Positions 1 to 11,013 of a DNA stretch of 64,000 nt are shown piece by piece. Numbering within the stretch: position 1 is the stretch's first letter; each line of letters starts with the position of its first letter. A program made the position numbers and the translations under genes. Origin of the DNA: an uncultured Halobacteriales archaeon (GTDB lineage: Archaea; Halobacteriota; Halobacteria; Halobacteriales; Hikarchaeaceae); the NCBI GenBank assembly GCA_964554565.1, contig CAZKPC010000003.1, positions 1,009 through 65,008 on the forward strand, given 5' to 3'. The notes below the pieces were generated by a model. It did no database searches and was not told the DNA's origin. It saw only the letters and a list, made by a program, of their open reading frames with translations.

Positions 1-888
1 CTGATCGGCGAACCGACGACCCTGGACTTCGCCGGCTTCGGCCTGCGGATCCGAGTCAATCGGTTGACCCCGCTGTCGTCCCGGTTCGGCTTCGAGTTCG
101 GCGAAGCCCATCTGTTCAACATGGCGGAGAACGACGGCAATCACCAGAACGTCTTCGCCGAACCGGTCGGGGATCACCGCCTCACGAACGGGGTCTCCCG
201 GACCGCGTTCTACGCCGCGACGCAGATCAATGTCCGCGATGGCCAGCCGCTCTTACAGGCGACCGAGGGCACCCGCTCCTCCCGGACCGACGATCCCGGG
301 ACCTATTCGGTAGCGGCGGTGAACGGGAACGTCCTCGCGCTGGCCGACGGCACGTTCCTCCGCCGTGGCAACTTCAACGTCGAGGACAACAACAAGCTGG
401 TGCGTAACGTCGCGCGGTTCCTTGTTGCCGGGGAGAAACGCCGAACGCTCTACGCGTATCCGACCTTCGTTTCGGCCGACCCATCCATCCGCTACACCAG
501 CCCAGCCCTGGTGGATGCGGCCCAGAAGCTCGCGGCCGACCTGCGTCAGGAGAGTAGCGAGCCCACTCTCCAACTCCAGCGCCGCGCCGTCTCCCCGAAC
601 CGGACCGACATCCTCGTGACCACGTTCGGGTACCTCGAGCGCCGGGGACAGCTTCAAACCGGCATTTCGGTATCCGACGGCCAAGTGCAGGTCAGGGGGT
701 ACAACTCGGCGACCCGGGGCATCATCGTGATCCGGGCGCCAGCCCGCAACTACGATCTGGTCATCGCGGCGGACACCCAACGGCGGGCCGAGCGGGCGGT
801 CGAGCTGCTGGCCGATGGTGACCTGCGCGACCACCTGATCAACCGTCGCACGGCCGTGGTGCGTACCTCCAGCGCGGCCGGTTCATAG
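1..888 (+). CDS. 5'-truncated hypothetical protein (possibly DUF4350/GATase-like surface protein), C-terminal part
   Basis: Frame is open from base 1 to TAG at 888 with haloarchaeal codon usage; family assignment is weak. Confidence 0.6.
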   Translation: MIGEPTTLDFAGFGLRIRVNRLTPLSSRFGFEFGEAHLFNMAENDGNHQNVFAEPVGDHRLTNGVSRTAFYAATQINVRDGQPLLQATEGTRSSRTDDPGTYSVAAVNGNVLALADGTFLRRGNFNVEDNNKLVRNVARFLVAGEKRRTLYAYPTFVSADPSIRYTSPALVDAAQKLAADLRQESSEPTLQLQRRAVSPNRTDILVTTFGYLERRGQLQTGISVSDGQVQVRGYNSATRGIIVIRAPARNYDLVIAADTQRRAERAVELLADGDLRDHLINRRTAVVRTSSAAGS

Positions 889-957
889 CTCGGACGCGGC
901 CACCGTTCGAATCGGACGGATCGACCGCGCTGAGACCGCGAAGAGTCCGGCCGGGCC

Positions 958-1368
958 TCAGACGTCGTAGTTTTCGACCACGCTGGCGATGGCGAAGTTC
1001 GTGTGGATGTCCTCGATCTCGACGGTCACCCGGTCGCCGACTTCGGTATCCGGGACGATAACCACGTAGCCCCGATCGACCCGGGCGATCCCGTCGCCCT
1101 GATCGCCCAGGTTCTCGATCTCGACCTCGTGGACGTCGCCCACCTCGACCGGCGGTTCCCGGTGATCAGTCCGGCCGGGCGCTCCCTGAGCGGGCGCGGG
1201 GCTACTCGACTCGGTATCGCCGCCGGGAAGGAGCGCGACCCGATACGTAGAGCCGGCCTCGAGGTCGCCCATGTCGAACTCGGCGTCGGGGACCTCAATG
1301 ACATGAGAGCCATCGCGGGTTTCGATTCGGGCACTAAACAGACAGAGCAGTTCGTCGGGGATCTCCAT
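958..1368 (-). CDS. TRAM domain RNA-binding protein
   Basis: C-terminal PPVEVGDVHEVEIENLGDQGDGIARVDRGYVVIVP TRAM motif; typical haloarchaeal MEIPDELLCLF N-terminus. Confidence 0.9.
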   Translation of the reverse strand: MEIPDELLCLFSARIETRDGSHVIEVPDAEFDMGDLEAGSTYRVALLPGGDTESSSPAPAQGAPGRTDHREPPVEVGDVHEVEIENLGDQGDGIARVDRGYVVIVPDTEVGDRVTVEIEDIHTNFAIASVVENYDV

Positions 1369-1508
1369 ACGATAATTCCCTCAGTCACGGGAATAATCGT
1401 CGGATACTTGAGGTTTCCGTTTCCGGCAGCAGGTCTGCACCGCTCCAGGACGCGATCACGGCGGGCGAAAGGGCTACGCTGATGAGGGTCGCCTCACAAC
1501 CCTCCGCC

Positions 1509-1967
1509 ATGGCGCGCGTGATGGCCCAGGGCACCTTCGATATCCTCCACCCGGGCCACGTGCATTACCTCGAGGCCAGCGCAGCTCACGGCGACGAACT
1601 CGTCGTCGTCATCGCCCGCGATATCCGGGTCAGCCGCCGCAAGAACCTGTTCATGGACGAGGAGAGCCGGCGGCGCGTCGTCGAGGCGCTCGAGTGTGTC
1701 GATCAGGCCGTCCTGGGCTCCGAGGAGGACCTCTTCGACAGCGTCGACGCTCTCGGGCCCGACCTGATCACGCTCGGTCACGACCAATCGTTCGACCCGG
1801 ACACGCTCGAGACGGACCTCGCCGCGGCCGGATTCCCGGACGTGGAGGTGGTCCGGATCGGTCCGGGGCCGGCCGATGGCGTCACCAGTTCCAGCGACGT
1901 CAAGGCCAGGCTGGAGGCGGCCCACGGCGATGCGGCCTTCCACTCGGTCGCCGGGGACGAGGGGTAA
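1509..1967 (+). CDS. ribL: Archaeal FAD synthase (cytidyltransferase-like)
   Basis: VMAQGTFDILHPGH (HxGH motif), PDLITLGHDQ, SSS motif. Confidence 0.8.
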   Translation: MARVMAQGTFDILHPGHVHYLEASAAHGDELVVVIARDIRVSRRKNLFMDEESRRRVVEALECVDQAVLGSEEDLFDSVDALGPDLITLGHDQSFDPDTLETDLAAAGFPDVEVVRIGPGPADGVTSSSDVKARLEAAHGDAAFHSVAGDEG

Positions 1968-2021
1968 CGCGACCCGCCGCTGGGCCCCAAGAACCACGGC
2001 CTCTCGACCCGGAGCGCAACC

Positions 2022-2369
2022 ATGGACCTCGTCAGTCGTACATCCGAGCCATCCGTCGAGGCCGTGAATGACGTCGAACTCACCCAGCTGGCCGTCGGCG
2101 AGCGAATGAGCGTCCAACACTTCAATATCGAGCCGGGGGCCGTCGTGCCTGAGCACGCCCACCCCCACGAGCAGGCCGGCTTCATCTACGCCGGCGAGCT
2201 CACGTTCCTCCTGCCGGATGATGGCGAACGCACGGTGGAGGCCGGCGAGTCCTATCTGTTGACCGGCGACGAACCACATGCCGCGGAGAACCGGGGCGAG
2301 GAGCCCGTTCTCGGGATCGACGTCTTCAGCCCGCCGCGCGCGAACCCGGCGTGGCTTGACGACGCGTGA
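2022..2369 (+). CDS. Cupin domain protein
   Basis: PEHAHPHEQ...G motif 1 and EPH motif 2. Confidence 0.9.
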   Translation: MDLVSRTSEPSVEAVNDVELTQLAVGERMSVQHFNIEPGAVVPEHAHPHEQAGFIYAGELTFLLPDDGERTVEAGESYLLTGDEPHAAENRGEEPVLGIDVFSPPRANPAWLDDA

Positions 2370-2565
2370 CTCGATCTGCTCGGCCCGCGCCGTCCGACAG
2401 GTGAGTGCTCGAAGCGGGTCCGGACTGTCCCCGACCACAGCGGCCGTTCTGGCCGAGCTCAGTCAGGCGAGTACCTCGCCCTCTCAGGCCCACCGTCGCC
2501 AGAAGAGCCGGCGGCTGGTCCGGTAAGTCAGAACCCATTTAGGCCCCAGTAAAGTACCGGGTCGC

Positions 2566-3534
2566 GTGGAGCGCATCGCCTTAGGGAACCGCGAATTCGA
2601 GGGCCGCAACAACGTCTACCTGCTCACGGACGGCGACGACGTCGGGCTCATCGACACCGCCATCTCGACGCCCGATATCCGGCAGCAGCTGTCGGCGGAA
2701 CTAGACCGCCTCGGCTACAGCTTTGCCGACCTCGATACCATCGTTTTGACCCACTGGCACTACGACCATGCTGGCCTGGCCGGGGAGATCCAGGCCGCCA
2801 GCGACGCGACGGTCTATGCGCATACGGACGACGCGGACATCATCAGGCACGATGACGATGCCATGTCGGCGCTCGAAGCGACACAGCAGGAGCTCATGGC
2901 CGAGTGGGGCATGCCGGCGGACAAGCAGGCGGACCTGGAGGCGTTCTTCGAGGCGAGCCGGCCGGGGGCCGGTGACCCGGCCGAAGTGACGCCGCTCGAC
3001 GACGGCGACGTCATCGAAGTCGGCGGTTCACGACTCGAGGTCGTGCACGTCCCCGGGCATACCGCCGGCCTTTCGACCTTCGCGTTCGCTGACGGCACAG
3101 AGGCATTCGTTGGCGACGCCGTGCTTCCGGTCTACACCCCGAACATCGGTGGCGCCGACGTGCGGGTCGACGCGCCGCTCGCGACCTACGCCCGCTCGCT
3201 GGAGCGGCTCATCGATCGCGACTTCGACCGGGTGTGGCCCGGCCACCGCGACCCGATCGACGATCCCGAGGCGCGAGCGCGGACGATCCTCGATCACCAC
3301 CGCGACCGGACCCGGCGCGTGATCGACGTCCTGCGGGAGCACGGCCCGGCCGATGCCTGGACCGTCAGCGACCACTTGTTCGGGGAGCTCGAGGCCATCC
3401 ACATCATGCACGGCCCCGGCGAGGCCTGGGCCCACCTCGACCATCTCGAACGGCTCGGGATCGTCGAGCACGAGGACCCGGACTACCGACTCCAGGACGC
3501 CCCGGTCGAGATCGAGACGCTGGAACTCTCCTGA
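2566..3534 (+). CDS. MBL-fold metallo-hydrolase
   Basis: THWHYDH, PGHT, VGD, PGH motifs; GTG start. Confidence 0.9.
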   Translation: MERIALGNREFEGRNNVYLLTDGDDVGLIDTAISTPDIRQQLSAELDRLGYSFADLDTIVLTHWHYDHAGLAGEIQAASDATVYAHTDDADIIRHDDDAMSALEATQQELMAEWGMPADKQADLEAFFEASRPGAGDPAEVTPLDDGDVIEVGGSRLEVVHVPGHTAGLSTFAFADGTEAFVGDAVLPVYTPNIGGADVRVDAPLATYARSLERLIDRDFDRVWPGHRDPIDDPEARARTILDHHRDRTRRVIDVLREHGPADAWTVSDHLFGELEAIHIMHGPGEAWAHLDHLERLGIVEHEDPDYRLQDAPVEIETLELS

Positions 3535-3622
3535 GGGCCGGCCGGCTCGCGTCAGCCACGACCGTGGGGCGTGGTAGCGCGGATCTCCAACGCCTTATCC
3601 GGCTGGGCCCCGATCCTCACGT

Positions 3623-3910
3623 GTGAGCGAAGAGCAGTCGGAACGACGGGACCTCAGAATGCCGGACGACAGCGAACTCTTCGCCGTCGTGACCCAGCAT
3701 AACGGGGGGAACCACGTCCGCGTGCAGTGTGCGGACGGGGTCGATCGCATGGGCCGGATCCCCGGCCGGATGAAGTACCGCACCTGGATCGAGGAGGGCG
3801 ACGTCGTCCTCGTCGAGCCGTGGGACTGGCAGGACGAGAAAGCCAACATCGAGTGGCGCTACTCCTCCCAGGACGCCGATCAGCTCCGGCGTGAAGGGCA
3901 TATCGAATAA
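3623..3910 (+). CDS. eif1a: Translation initiation factor aIF-1A
   Basis: [33 protein letters not shown]. Confidence 0.95.
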   Translation: MSEEQSERRDLRMPDDSELFAVVTQHNGGNHVRVQCADGVDRMGRIPGRMKYRTWIEEGDVVLVEPWDWQDEKANIEWRYSSQDADQLRREGHIE

Positions 3911-4093
3911 CCGCCTATTTTGGCTCGCTGTGAACAGTCGGTGACCGGCGGCTGAGCAGTGAGACTCTTTCGCGGGAGCTACTTCGTGTCCGGATCACAT
4001 CCAGCTCGGAGAGCTATCGCTCGGGGGAGTGGGAAGTTGTTTGAGAAGTCAGGAACGCGTGGACGTCACCGCGACGCCCGGTCGGGTCCGGAC

Positions 4094-4288
4094 TTACGCG
4101 CGGACGACGTTCGTCGCGCGCGGGCCCTTCGGGGCCTGTTCGATCTCGAATTCGAGCTCCGTGCCTTCCTCCAGGTCGGGGCCGTCGACGTCGTCCATGT
4201 GAAAGAACACGTCGTCGTCCGAATCGGGGGTCGTGATGAAGCCGTAGCCGCCAGAGTTGTTGAAGAAGTCAACCTTTCCGCTTACCAT
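4094..4288 (-). CDS. csp: Cold-shock protein
   Basis: GKVDFFNNSGGYGFI (RNP1), VFFH (RNP2), KGPRA. Confidence 0.95.
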   Translation of the reverse strand: MVSGKVDFFNNSGGYGFITTPDSDDDVFFHMDDVDGPDLEEGTELEFEIEQAPKGPRATNVVRA

Positions 4289-4328
4289 TGCGTACTAGCG
4301 GAGGGGTGTCACCGGGATAACCCTTCCG

Positions 4329-4358
4329 CGAGTCGTGGTATCACGGAACTCGAGTCGT
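4329..4358 (-). promoter_or_regulatory. Direct repeat CGAGTCGT (x2, 22-bp period) just upstream of the csp BRE/TATA
   Basis: Copies at 4329-4336 and 4351-4358. Confidence 0.4.
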
Positions 4359-4450
4359 TTGCGCCGGGTTTTCGATGCCATATTTCAGGCAGCCAACCCG
4401 ACGCCAGTCGGCCACGGCGCCGTTTGTTGCCTGCCAGGACCCAGTTCCGG

Positions 4451-4996
4451 TCAGTGAACGGTGACCGAGTCCCGGTCCACGGTGATGTCCAGGAGGCTCT
4501 TGACCTCGTGTGGGGAATCGTCCAACGCGGTCTCGCCGACCTTCCGGAGAACGACGACGATATCAGCGATTTCGGCACCGATCTCGTCCAGGGCGTCACA
4601 GATGCCGCGGAGCGTGCCGCCGGTCGAGAGGAAGTCGTCGACGATGAGCAGCCGGTCCCCGGCGTCCACGTCGTTGATGAACATCTCGGACTCCGAGTAC
4701 GCCGTTGATTTTCGGATCCCCACCTCGCCGTCCAACCCGTATTCCCGTTTGCGGACGACGACCAGCGGGATGTCGGTCTGCAGCGTGAGGGCCGTGGCGA
4801 GGTGGATACCCATCGCCTCCGGGGCGACGATCTTGTCCACGTCGAGGTCGGCGCGCCGGATGACGCCCACCACGACCTCCCGCAGGAGCTCCGGTTCCAG
4901 CATCGGGACGCCGTTGCTGATCGGGTGCACCAGGTAGAAGTAGCCGCCCTTATCGATGATCGGCACCTCGTTCAGGGACGCCTCGAGGCGGTCCAT
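4451..4996 (-). CDS. hpt: Purine phosphoribosyltransferase (archaeal Hpt/Apt type)
   Basis: [20 protein letters not shown]-binding [12 protein letters not shown]; start set at ATG 4996. Confidence 0.85.
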   Translation of the reverse strand: MDRLEASLNEVPIIDKGGYFYLVHPISNGVPMLEPELLREVVVGVIRRADLDVDKIVAPEAMGIHLATALTLQTDIPLVVVRKREYGLDGEVGIRKSTAYSESEMFINDVDAGDRLLIVDDFLSTGGTLRGICDALDEIGAEIADIVVVLRKVGETALDDSPHEVKSLLDITVDRDSVTVH

Positions 4997-5213
4997 GGGA
5001 CTGATTCGGGGAGGGCCCGCAAAACGGTTCCTCCCGGATCGCCAGTAGGAGGTGCATGGGCCGCCCGATAAGAGTGCAGCCCCGGAGGGTGGTGTCATGG
5101 GGCCCAGACTCGAGATCTCAACAAGCAGTCCTCCGAGAACCAGGCATCCAGCACGCGGAGAGACCGCAGCTCGGCGTCCCGCGTGCACGGATCCTGGCGA
5201 ATTCGATGGCCGA

Positions 5214-5810
5214 TCAGTCAGCCGCCGCGGGCTCGTGTCGGCCGTGCTCGACTTGGGTCCCGAGCATCTCGAGGAACTCCGCGAGCCAGTCGGAGAGGTC
5301 CGACCAGTTCCGGCCGGTCAGGAGATTGCCGTCCCGGACGACGCCATCGACCCAGGTGCAACCCGCCGCTTCCACCTCTGACCGGACCGGCGGATAGGAA
5401 GTGATCTCACGGCCCTCGAGGACGCCAGCCGCGGCGAGGACCTGCGGGCCGTGACAGATAGCCCCGACCGGTTTGTCCGCCTCGAAGAAGTGGCGCGTGG
5501 CTTCGAGGACGCCTTCGTAGGTTCGGAGGTACTCCGGCGCGCGACCACCGGGCACGATGAACGCATCGTACTCCGCGGGTTCGATCTCCTCGAAGGTGTG
5601 CGACAGCTCGAAGTCGTGCCCCCGGACTTCCATGTAGGTCTGGTCGCCCCGGAAGTCATGGATCGCCGTCTTGACCGTTTCGCCGGCGGCCTTCTCGGGA
5701 CACGCCGTGTGCACCGTGTGACCGACGGCTTCGAGCGCCTCTTGGGCGACCATGATCTCGTAGTCCTCGACGAAATCACCGGCCAGGAGCAGGATCTGCT
5801 TTCCAGTCAT
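5214..5810 (-). CDS. DJ-1/PfpI family protein
   Basis: [19 protein letters not shown], nucleophile elbow AICHG. Confidence 0.92.
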   Translation of the reverse strand: MTGKQILLLAGDFVEDYEIMVAQEALEAVGHTVHTACPEKAAGETVKTAIHDFRGDQTYMEVRGHDFELSHTFEEIEPAEYDAFIVPGGRAPEYLRTYEGVLEATRHFFEADKPVGAICHGPQVLAAAGVLEGREITSYPPVRSEVEAAGCTWVDGVVRDGNLLTGRNWSDLSDWLAEFLEMLGTQVEHGRHEPAAAD

Positions 5811-5912
5811 GGGGTAACCCTACTGCAAAAAGACAGCAGCTGACGGAATAAGCGATGGGTTACGACCCGAAACCAAGACGTCGTGCATGTTATACACCGG
5901 CCCGGCCGCCGG

Positions 5913-7250
5913 CTACCGTTCGTGTACCCGCATCGGCATCCCGTCGCGCGGATGCATCGTCAGCGTGGGTCGGAGATCGGGCTCGTCTTCGCGCGTGTAT
6001 TCGAGCCGGTACTCCTGGGCCGTCCGCGCGAGGATGAGCTTCGCCTCCAGTTTCGCGAGGTGCTTGCCGATACAGTGGCGGGGGCCGCCGCCGAAGGGGA
6101 AGTAGGCGAACCGCGGGCGGTCGTCCTCGCCGGCCCACCGGTCCGGATCGAACTGCTCGGGGTCGTCCCAGAACCGGTCCGACCGGTGCATCGCCCACTG
6201 GGAGAGCATGATCGTCGCGTCCGCCGGGACCGTGTACTGCCCGAACGTCACCGCCTCCTCGGGTTCGCGGAACATCGCGTAGACGGGCGGGTAGAGCCGC
6301 ATGGACTCGTTCACCACCCGTTCGACGAGATCGAGGGACGGCACGTCGGCCATCGTCGGCGGCGTACCCTCGAGCTCGGTTTGCAGCTCCTCGTGGAGTC
6401 GCGCTTCGATCGTGGGGTGTTCCGAGAGGAGGTACCAGCAGTAGGTCAGCGTCAGGGCCGTGGTGTCATGGCCCGCCAGCAGCATCGTCATCATTTCATC
6501 GCGGATCTGCTTGTCGGTCTGTTCGCCGCGAGCCTGGGCCCGGAGGAGGATCGAGAGGAAGTCGTCCGGGCCCTCGTCCGTCTCTGGGTCGCCCTCGCTG
6601 CCGCGTCTGTCGGCGACGATGGCCTCGATGACCGACTCCATCGTCTCCACCGCGGTGTCGTACTCGCTATCCCCCGGCATCGGCAGCCACGAGGGCGCGG
6701 CGAAGCGCACCGGGTCCGGTTCGAACCGCGCGCCCAGCGGTTCGAGGGCTTCCCGGATGGTTCGGATCCGCTCGTCTGCGAGGTCGGTGCCGAGCATCAG
6801 ATCCGTGATCACCGCGAGAGTCACCCGCGTCATGGCCTCTTCCACGTCGACCAGCTTGCCCTCGCTCCAGTTCTCGAGCAGGCGCTCGTTGTGGCCGACG
6901 ATGTCGTCGGCGAAGCCGGTCAGGCGGTCCATCTGGAAGGCCGGCGTCGCGAGCCGGCGCTGTTCGCGCCACGTCTGTCCCTCGCTGAGCAACAGCCCTT
7001 TGCCCAGCAGGTCGCCGAGCGCGTCGTCCTGGAACTCCGGTTTCCTGAACCGGTCCGCCTCCCCGACCAGGACACGCTCGACGTGATCGGGCTCGGTCAG
7101 CAGGTACGTGTCCATCGGCCCGAGGTCGAACTGCACGACACCGCCGTAGGCCCGCTCGCAGGCCGAGAGGAACCGGAACGGGTCCTCCGCGTACCGCCGG
7201 CTACTGCCGAACAACGGTTCACCCTTCGGACCGGGCGGCGTGGCTTCCAC
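5913..7250 (-). CDS. Cytochrome P450
   Basis: PPGP hinge, AGHDTT I-helix, ESMR (ExxR), FDPDRW, heme motif FGGGPRHCIG; GTG start at 7250 is uncertain. Confidence 0.95.
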   Translation of the reverse strand: MEATPPGPKGEPLFGSSRRYAEDPFRFLSACERAYGGVVQFDLGPMDTYLLTEPDHVERVLVGEADRFRKPEFQDDALGDLLGKGLLLSEGQTWREQRRLATPAFQMDRLTGFADDIVGHNERLLENWSEGKLVDVEEAMTRVTLAVITDLMLGTDLADERIRTIREALEPLGARFEPDPVRFAAPSWLPMPGDSEYDTAVETMESVIEAIVADRRGSEGDPETDEGPDDFLSILLRAQARGEQTDKQIRDEMMTMLLAGHDTTALTLTYCWYLLSEHPTIEARLHEELQTELEGTPPTMADVPSLDLVERVVNESMRLYPPVYAMFREPEEAVTFGQYTVPADATIMLSQWAMHRSDRFWDDPEQFDPDRWAGEDDRPRFAYFPFGGGPRHCIGKHLAKLEAKLILARTAQEYRLEYTREDEPDLRPTLTMHPRDGMPMRVHER

Positions 7251-7535
7251 TCGGGAGAATACCGTTCGGAGGCAGTTGAATTCCTCGCTCGGACCCTGCG
7301 TCGCGATCGCGGGGAAATCAGCTATGGCCGCCCGCAGAGCTCTACGGCACCGCTGGTCCGGAGGAGTGGCCTCGGTACTCATAGGGTTCCTCATCGCCCG
7401 GGACAAGGCTCGGAACCGCCGGTCTCGTCATCGGCCGATCGTGCGTAGACCCGCCGACGGCAAAGAGACTTCCCCGCCGCCCGCGGCCACGGCGCTCCCG
7501 GAACGCTCAAGCCGGCCGTGGCCGTCTCCCGGGTC

Positions 7536-8759
7536 ATGACCGCGTCGCGGACTGTCGAGCTCGAGGGCCACATCATCGACTCGGGCATGATGGAGCAGGC
7601 CTTCGGGGTCGTGATGGACATGGGCGGGTCCTTTCACGTCGAGCAGTTCGACGTGGGGACCCGGAAGGACGAGGTCAGCTACTGCCGGATGGATGTCAGC
7701 GCGGAGAGCGACGACCAGCTACAGCCGATCCTCCACGAGCTCCATCAGATCGGCGCGAACCTCTCGGATCCCGTCGACGCCTCGCTGGAGCCCGCGCCGG
7801 CCGATCAGGTAGTCCCCCGCGGGTTCTACTCGACCACCAATCATCCGACCCAGATTCGCCACGAAGGAGAGTGGCTCGACGTCGAGAACATCGAGATGGA
7901 CGTGGCGATCGTGGTCGACCCCGAAGAGCCCAGCGCCTCCACGAAGGTCCTGAACGCCGTGGAAGCCGGCGACCTCGTGGTCACCGGCGACGCCGGCATC
8001 AAGGTCAACCCGCCGGAACGGCCCCGGGATTCGAGCGGCCCGTTCGGGTTCATGCAGGGCGGGGTGTCCTCCGAGCGGCCGTCCCTGTCGCTCATCGAGA
8101 ACATCGCCGACGCCATCGTCTCGACGAAAGAACAGGGCGGGGATATCCTCGCCGTGCCCGGCCCCGCGTTGATTCACTCCGGGGCCGGGGAGGACCTCGC
8201 CCGGTTGGTCCGGGCCGGCTACGTGGACGCGCTCTCGACCGGGAACGGGTTCGCGGTCCACGACCTGGAACGCGACGTCTACGGAACCTCCCTCGGGATG
8301 GACGTGGAAACCCTCGAACACCCGCGGAAGGGGCACAAACATCACATCTACACGATCAGCGAGATCATCCGCGCCGGGGGCATCGAGGCGGCCGTCGAAG
8401 AGGGCGTCATCGAGAGCGGGGTCATGTACGAGTGTGTCGTCAACGACGTGCCCTACGTCCTCGCGGGATCGATCCGCGACGACGGCCCGCTGCCGGACAC
8501 GATCACGGACGCGGTGGAGGCCCAAGATGCCATCAGGGAACAGGCCCGTAATGCCGATCTGGTGTTGATGATGTCGACGCTGCTCCATTCGGTCGCCGTC
8601 GGCAACTGTCTGCCCTCGACCGCCCGGGTCGTGTGTGTCGACATCAACCCGGCCACCGTGACCCAGCTCGTCGATCGGGGCTCCGACCAGGCCATCGGGA
8701 TGGTCACCGACATCGGGACCTTCGTCCCGCGCCTCGCGGACAGCGTCCTCGGGGCCTGA
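7536..8759 (+). CDS. TIGR00300 (LOR/SDH-type) protein, probable ornithine cyclodeaminase
   Basis: ELEGHIIDS, FYSTTNHPT, FGFMQGGVSSERP, LAGSIRDDGPLP. Confidence 0.8.
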   Translation: MTASRTVELEGHIIDSGMMEQAFGVVMDMGGSFHVEQFDVGTRKDEVSYCRMDVSAESDDQLQPILHELHQIGANLSDPVDASLEPAPADQVVPRGFYSTTNHPTQIRHEGEWLDVENIEMDVAIVVDPEEPSASTKVLNAVEAGDLVVTGDAGIKVNPPERPRDSSGPFGFMQGGVSSERPSLSLIENIADAIVSTKEQGGDILAVPGPALIHSGAGEDLARLVRAGYVDALSTGNGFAVHDLERDVYGTSLGMDVETLEHPRKGHKHHIYTISEIIRAGGIEAAVEEGVIESGVMYECVVNDVPYVLAGSIRDDGPLPDTITDAVEAQDAIREQARNADLVLMMSTLLHSVAVGNCLPSTARVVCVDINPATVTQLVDRGSDQAIGMVTDIGTFVPRLADSVLGA

Positions 8760-8800
8760 ACGCTGGACTTTTACGTTCGAACCGCCTCCCGACAGGCCCC

Positions 8801-9484
8801 ATGGGGTACGACGCGGTCGTCTTCGATGCCGACGGCGTGCTGGTGGAGCCGACGGCCGGGCCGACGCTGCGGCGGGCGATTCGGCGGGCCCTGGACGAAC
8901 ACGGAGTGTCGGACGTGCCCGATGACGTCATCGACGGGCTCCGGGCCTCGACCCGATCCGAGCTCCAACGGGTCGCCGAGCGGTACGATCTGGACGACCC
9001 GGCCGGGTTCTGGGCGGCCCGGGACAACCACGCCTCTGCCGCCCAACGGGCGGCGATCCGCCGGGGCGAGAAAGCGCTCTACGACGACGTGGAGGCCGTC
9101 CTCGATCTCCCGGTCCCCCTGGCCGTGGTCAGCAACAACCAGCAGGCGACGATCGACTTCCTCCTCGCCCACACCGGGATCGCCGACCACTTCGATCCGG
9201 TGTTCGGCCGACAGCCGACCCTGGAAGACATGGGCCGGAAGAAACCCGCGCCGCACTACCTGAACCGGGCCCTGGACACGCTACCCGCCGAGGAACCCGT
9301 CTTCGTCGGCGACAGCAACGTCGACCTCGCGGCGGCCGAGGCCGCCGGCATCGACGCCGCATTCATCCGCCGGGGACACCGCGCGGACTACACCCTCGAG
9401 TACGAGCCGGCCCACGAGATCGAATCGCTCGAAGAGCTTCCCCCGCTGGTGCAGGCGGCGGACCGGGCAGCGGCGGACGACTGA
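8801..9484 (+). CDS. HAD-superfamily hydrolase
   Basis: VVFDADGVL, VSNN, KP, VGDSNVD. Confidence 0.9.
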   Translation: MGYDAVVFDADGVLVEPTAGPTLRRAIRRALDEHGVSDVPDDVIDGLRASTRSELQRVAERYDLDDPAGFWAARDNHASAAQRAAIRRGEKALYDDVEAVLDLPVPLAVVSNNQQATIDFLLAHTGIADHFDPVFGRQPTLEDMGRKKPAPHYLNRALDTLPAEEPVFVGDSNVDLAAAEAAGIDAAFIRRGHRADYTLEYEPAHEIESLEELPPLVQAADRAAADD

Positions 9485-9490
9485 CCGGCG

Positions 9491-10039
9491 CTACCCGCGC
9501 TCGGCCCCCGGCACCTCGCGGGCCGACCACTCCCGTTCGGCCCGGTATTCCTCCACGAAGGCCCCGACATCGAACTCCAGCATGCGTTCCTCGAACTCCG
9601 AGACGGCTGCCTCCTCATCGGCGTGACTGACCGCGTGCTCCATCAGTTCCACGACCAGTTCGACGACGATCTCGTGGAGCCGCGCGTCGTCGAAGTCAGT
9701 CACCCAGGCCAGCGCGAAGCCAACGTGGCCGTCGTCGCTGGCGTCCGCGACCGCCACGTCGTCGGGGAACTCCTCGAGGACCAGCCCCATGAGATGCGGG
9801 GTCCCGAAGTCGCCGAGCTCGGCGGCGTCGGCCGTGTCCACGGTCTCACGGAGGGTGTCGACCAGGAACGTCGGGAGGAACCGCTCCGGCGGATGCACGT
9901 CCATCACGACCGCGTGAATGGCCCCGCAATCACAGGCCAGCGCGCGCATTCCGAGGTCGAGGTCGTGGGTGTGGACCGTTTCGCCACACGGCAGCCCCAA
10001 CTCCCCGTCCTCCCGGCCCGGCACCCGCGGCTCCGTCAT
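9491..10039 (-). CDS. Conserved haloarchaeal protein (DUF5815-like)
   Basis: MTEPRVPG start, LPCGE...CDCG..H putative metal sites, acidic C-terminus. Confidence 0.7.
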   Translation of the reverse strand: MTEPRVPGREDGELGLPCGETVHTHDLDLGMRALACDCGAIHAVVMDVHPPERFLPTFLVDTLRETVDTADAAELGDFGTPHLMGLVLEEFPDDVAVADASDDGHVGFALAWVTDFDDARLHEIVVELVVELMEHAVSHADEEAAVSEFEERMLEFDVGAFVEEYRAEREWSAREVPGAERG

Positions 10040-10119
10040 GGCCCGTGTTTGGCTCGTCGGTCGGTTAAGGGTCGCGGGTGCGGTCGGAACGGTTATCGCT
10101 CCACACTGTCACCGACTGG

Positions 10120-10959
10120 CTACGGGCTCGCTTCTCCGGGCGGGGGCAGATCCTCGGCTGAGAGCGCGCCCTCGTAGGTGGGCTCGTCGTCCGAGGTGTC
10201 CGGTTCCTCCTCATCGCCACGGAGTTGGTCATAGGCCCGCGCCACGCTGGCCACGCTGAAGACGATCACCACCGCTCGAGTCAGGGTCCCGACGATCGAG
10301 CCGACCCCCGGGGAGACGAAGCCGATGAGGAAGCCCGGGATCGAGGCGACGAGGCCGATCAGCACGAGCGCGGTGGCGAGTCCGAGGAGCCCGAAGCGGT
10401 GCCCGGCGGCCAGCTCCCAGGAGCCCGCCATCGCGTCAACGAAGTTGACGTCCCGGACCGCGATCTCCTGGCGCACGAAGAAGAACGACAGCGCGATGAA
10501 GAGTCCCGGGAGGATCAACGCCACGAGCCCGATGACGGTCAGCGTCAGCACGACGATCCCGCCAAGGAAGGCGTTGAGCGTCGCCAGCCCGATGTTCCGC
10601 CGGACGAGGTCGGGCGGGACGGTATCGGTTCGATCACTCACGAGCGTTCGAACGGCGACGATCCGGACCCCCTCAGCCAGCAGGGCCACCGCGATCGCCA
10701 GGACGAACGCGGTCCCGACGCCGACCGGGAGGGCATAGGGCGTCGGCGTCTCCACGATTCCCTGGAACCCGTTCGGCGCGGCGGACCCGGGGAGCGTGTC
10801 GAACTGACGGGCCAGCTCCAGGTTGGCGCGGGTGAGGGTATCGGCCGCGATGGCGGACGTGCCACGGAGCCCGACGAAGACGATCATCAAGAGGACGCCG
10901 TTCCGCTTGAAGGTCCGACGGAAACCGTCGCGGAGAGCTTCGCCGACCGAGAACGACAT
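10120..10959 (-). CDS. Polytopic membrane protein
   Basis: About 5-6 hydrophobic segments and an acidic tail. Confidence 0.75.
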   Translation of the reverse strand: MSFSVGEALRDGFRRTFKRNGVLLMIVFVGLRGTSAIAADTLTRANLELARQFDTLPGSAAPNGFQGIVETPTPYALPVGVGTAFVLAIAVALLAEGVRIVAVRTLVSDRTDTVPPDLVRRNIGLATLNAFLGGIVVLTLTVIGLVALILPGLFIALSFFFVRQEIAVRDVNFVDAMAGSWELAAGHRFGLLGLATALVLIGLVASIPGFLIGFVSPGVGSIVGTLTRAVVIVFSVASVARAYDQLRGDEEEPDTSDDEPTYEGALSAEDLPPPGEASP

Positions 10960-11013
10960 GGCCGACCGGACCGGCCCGAGCGTCAAAACCCTCCCGGACC
11001 GCTCGCTACCTGT

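Noticed and set aside
7250..7406. Apparent duplicated N-terminus of the P450 (MSTEATPP ... VEATPP), suggesting an insertion
   Set aside because: The nucleotide match is short and degenerate; a GTG start at 7250 gives a normal-length P450, so this is probably chance
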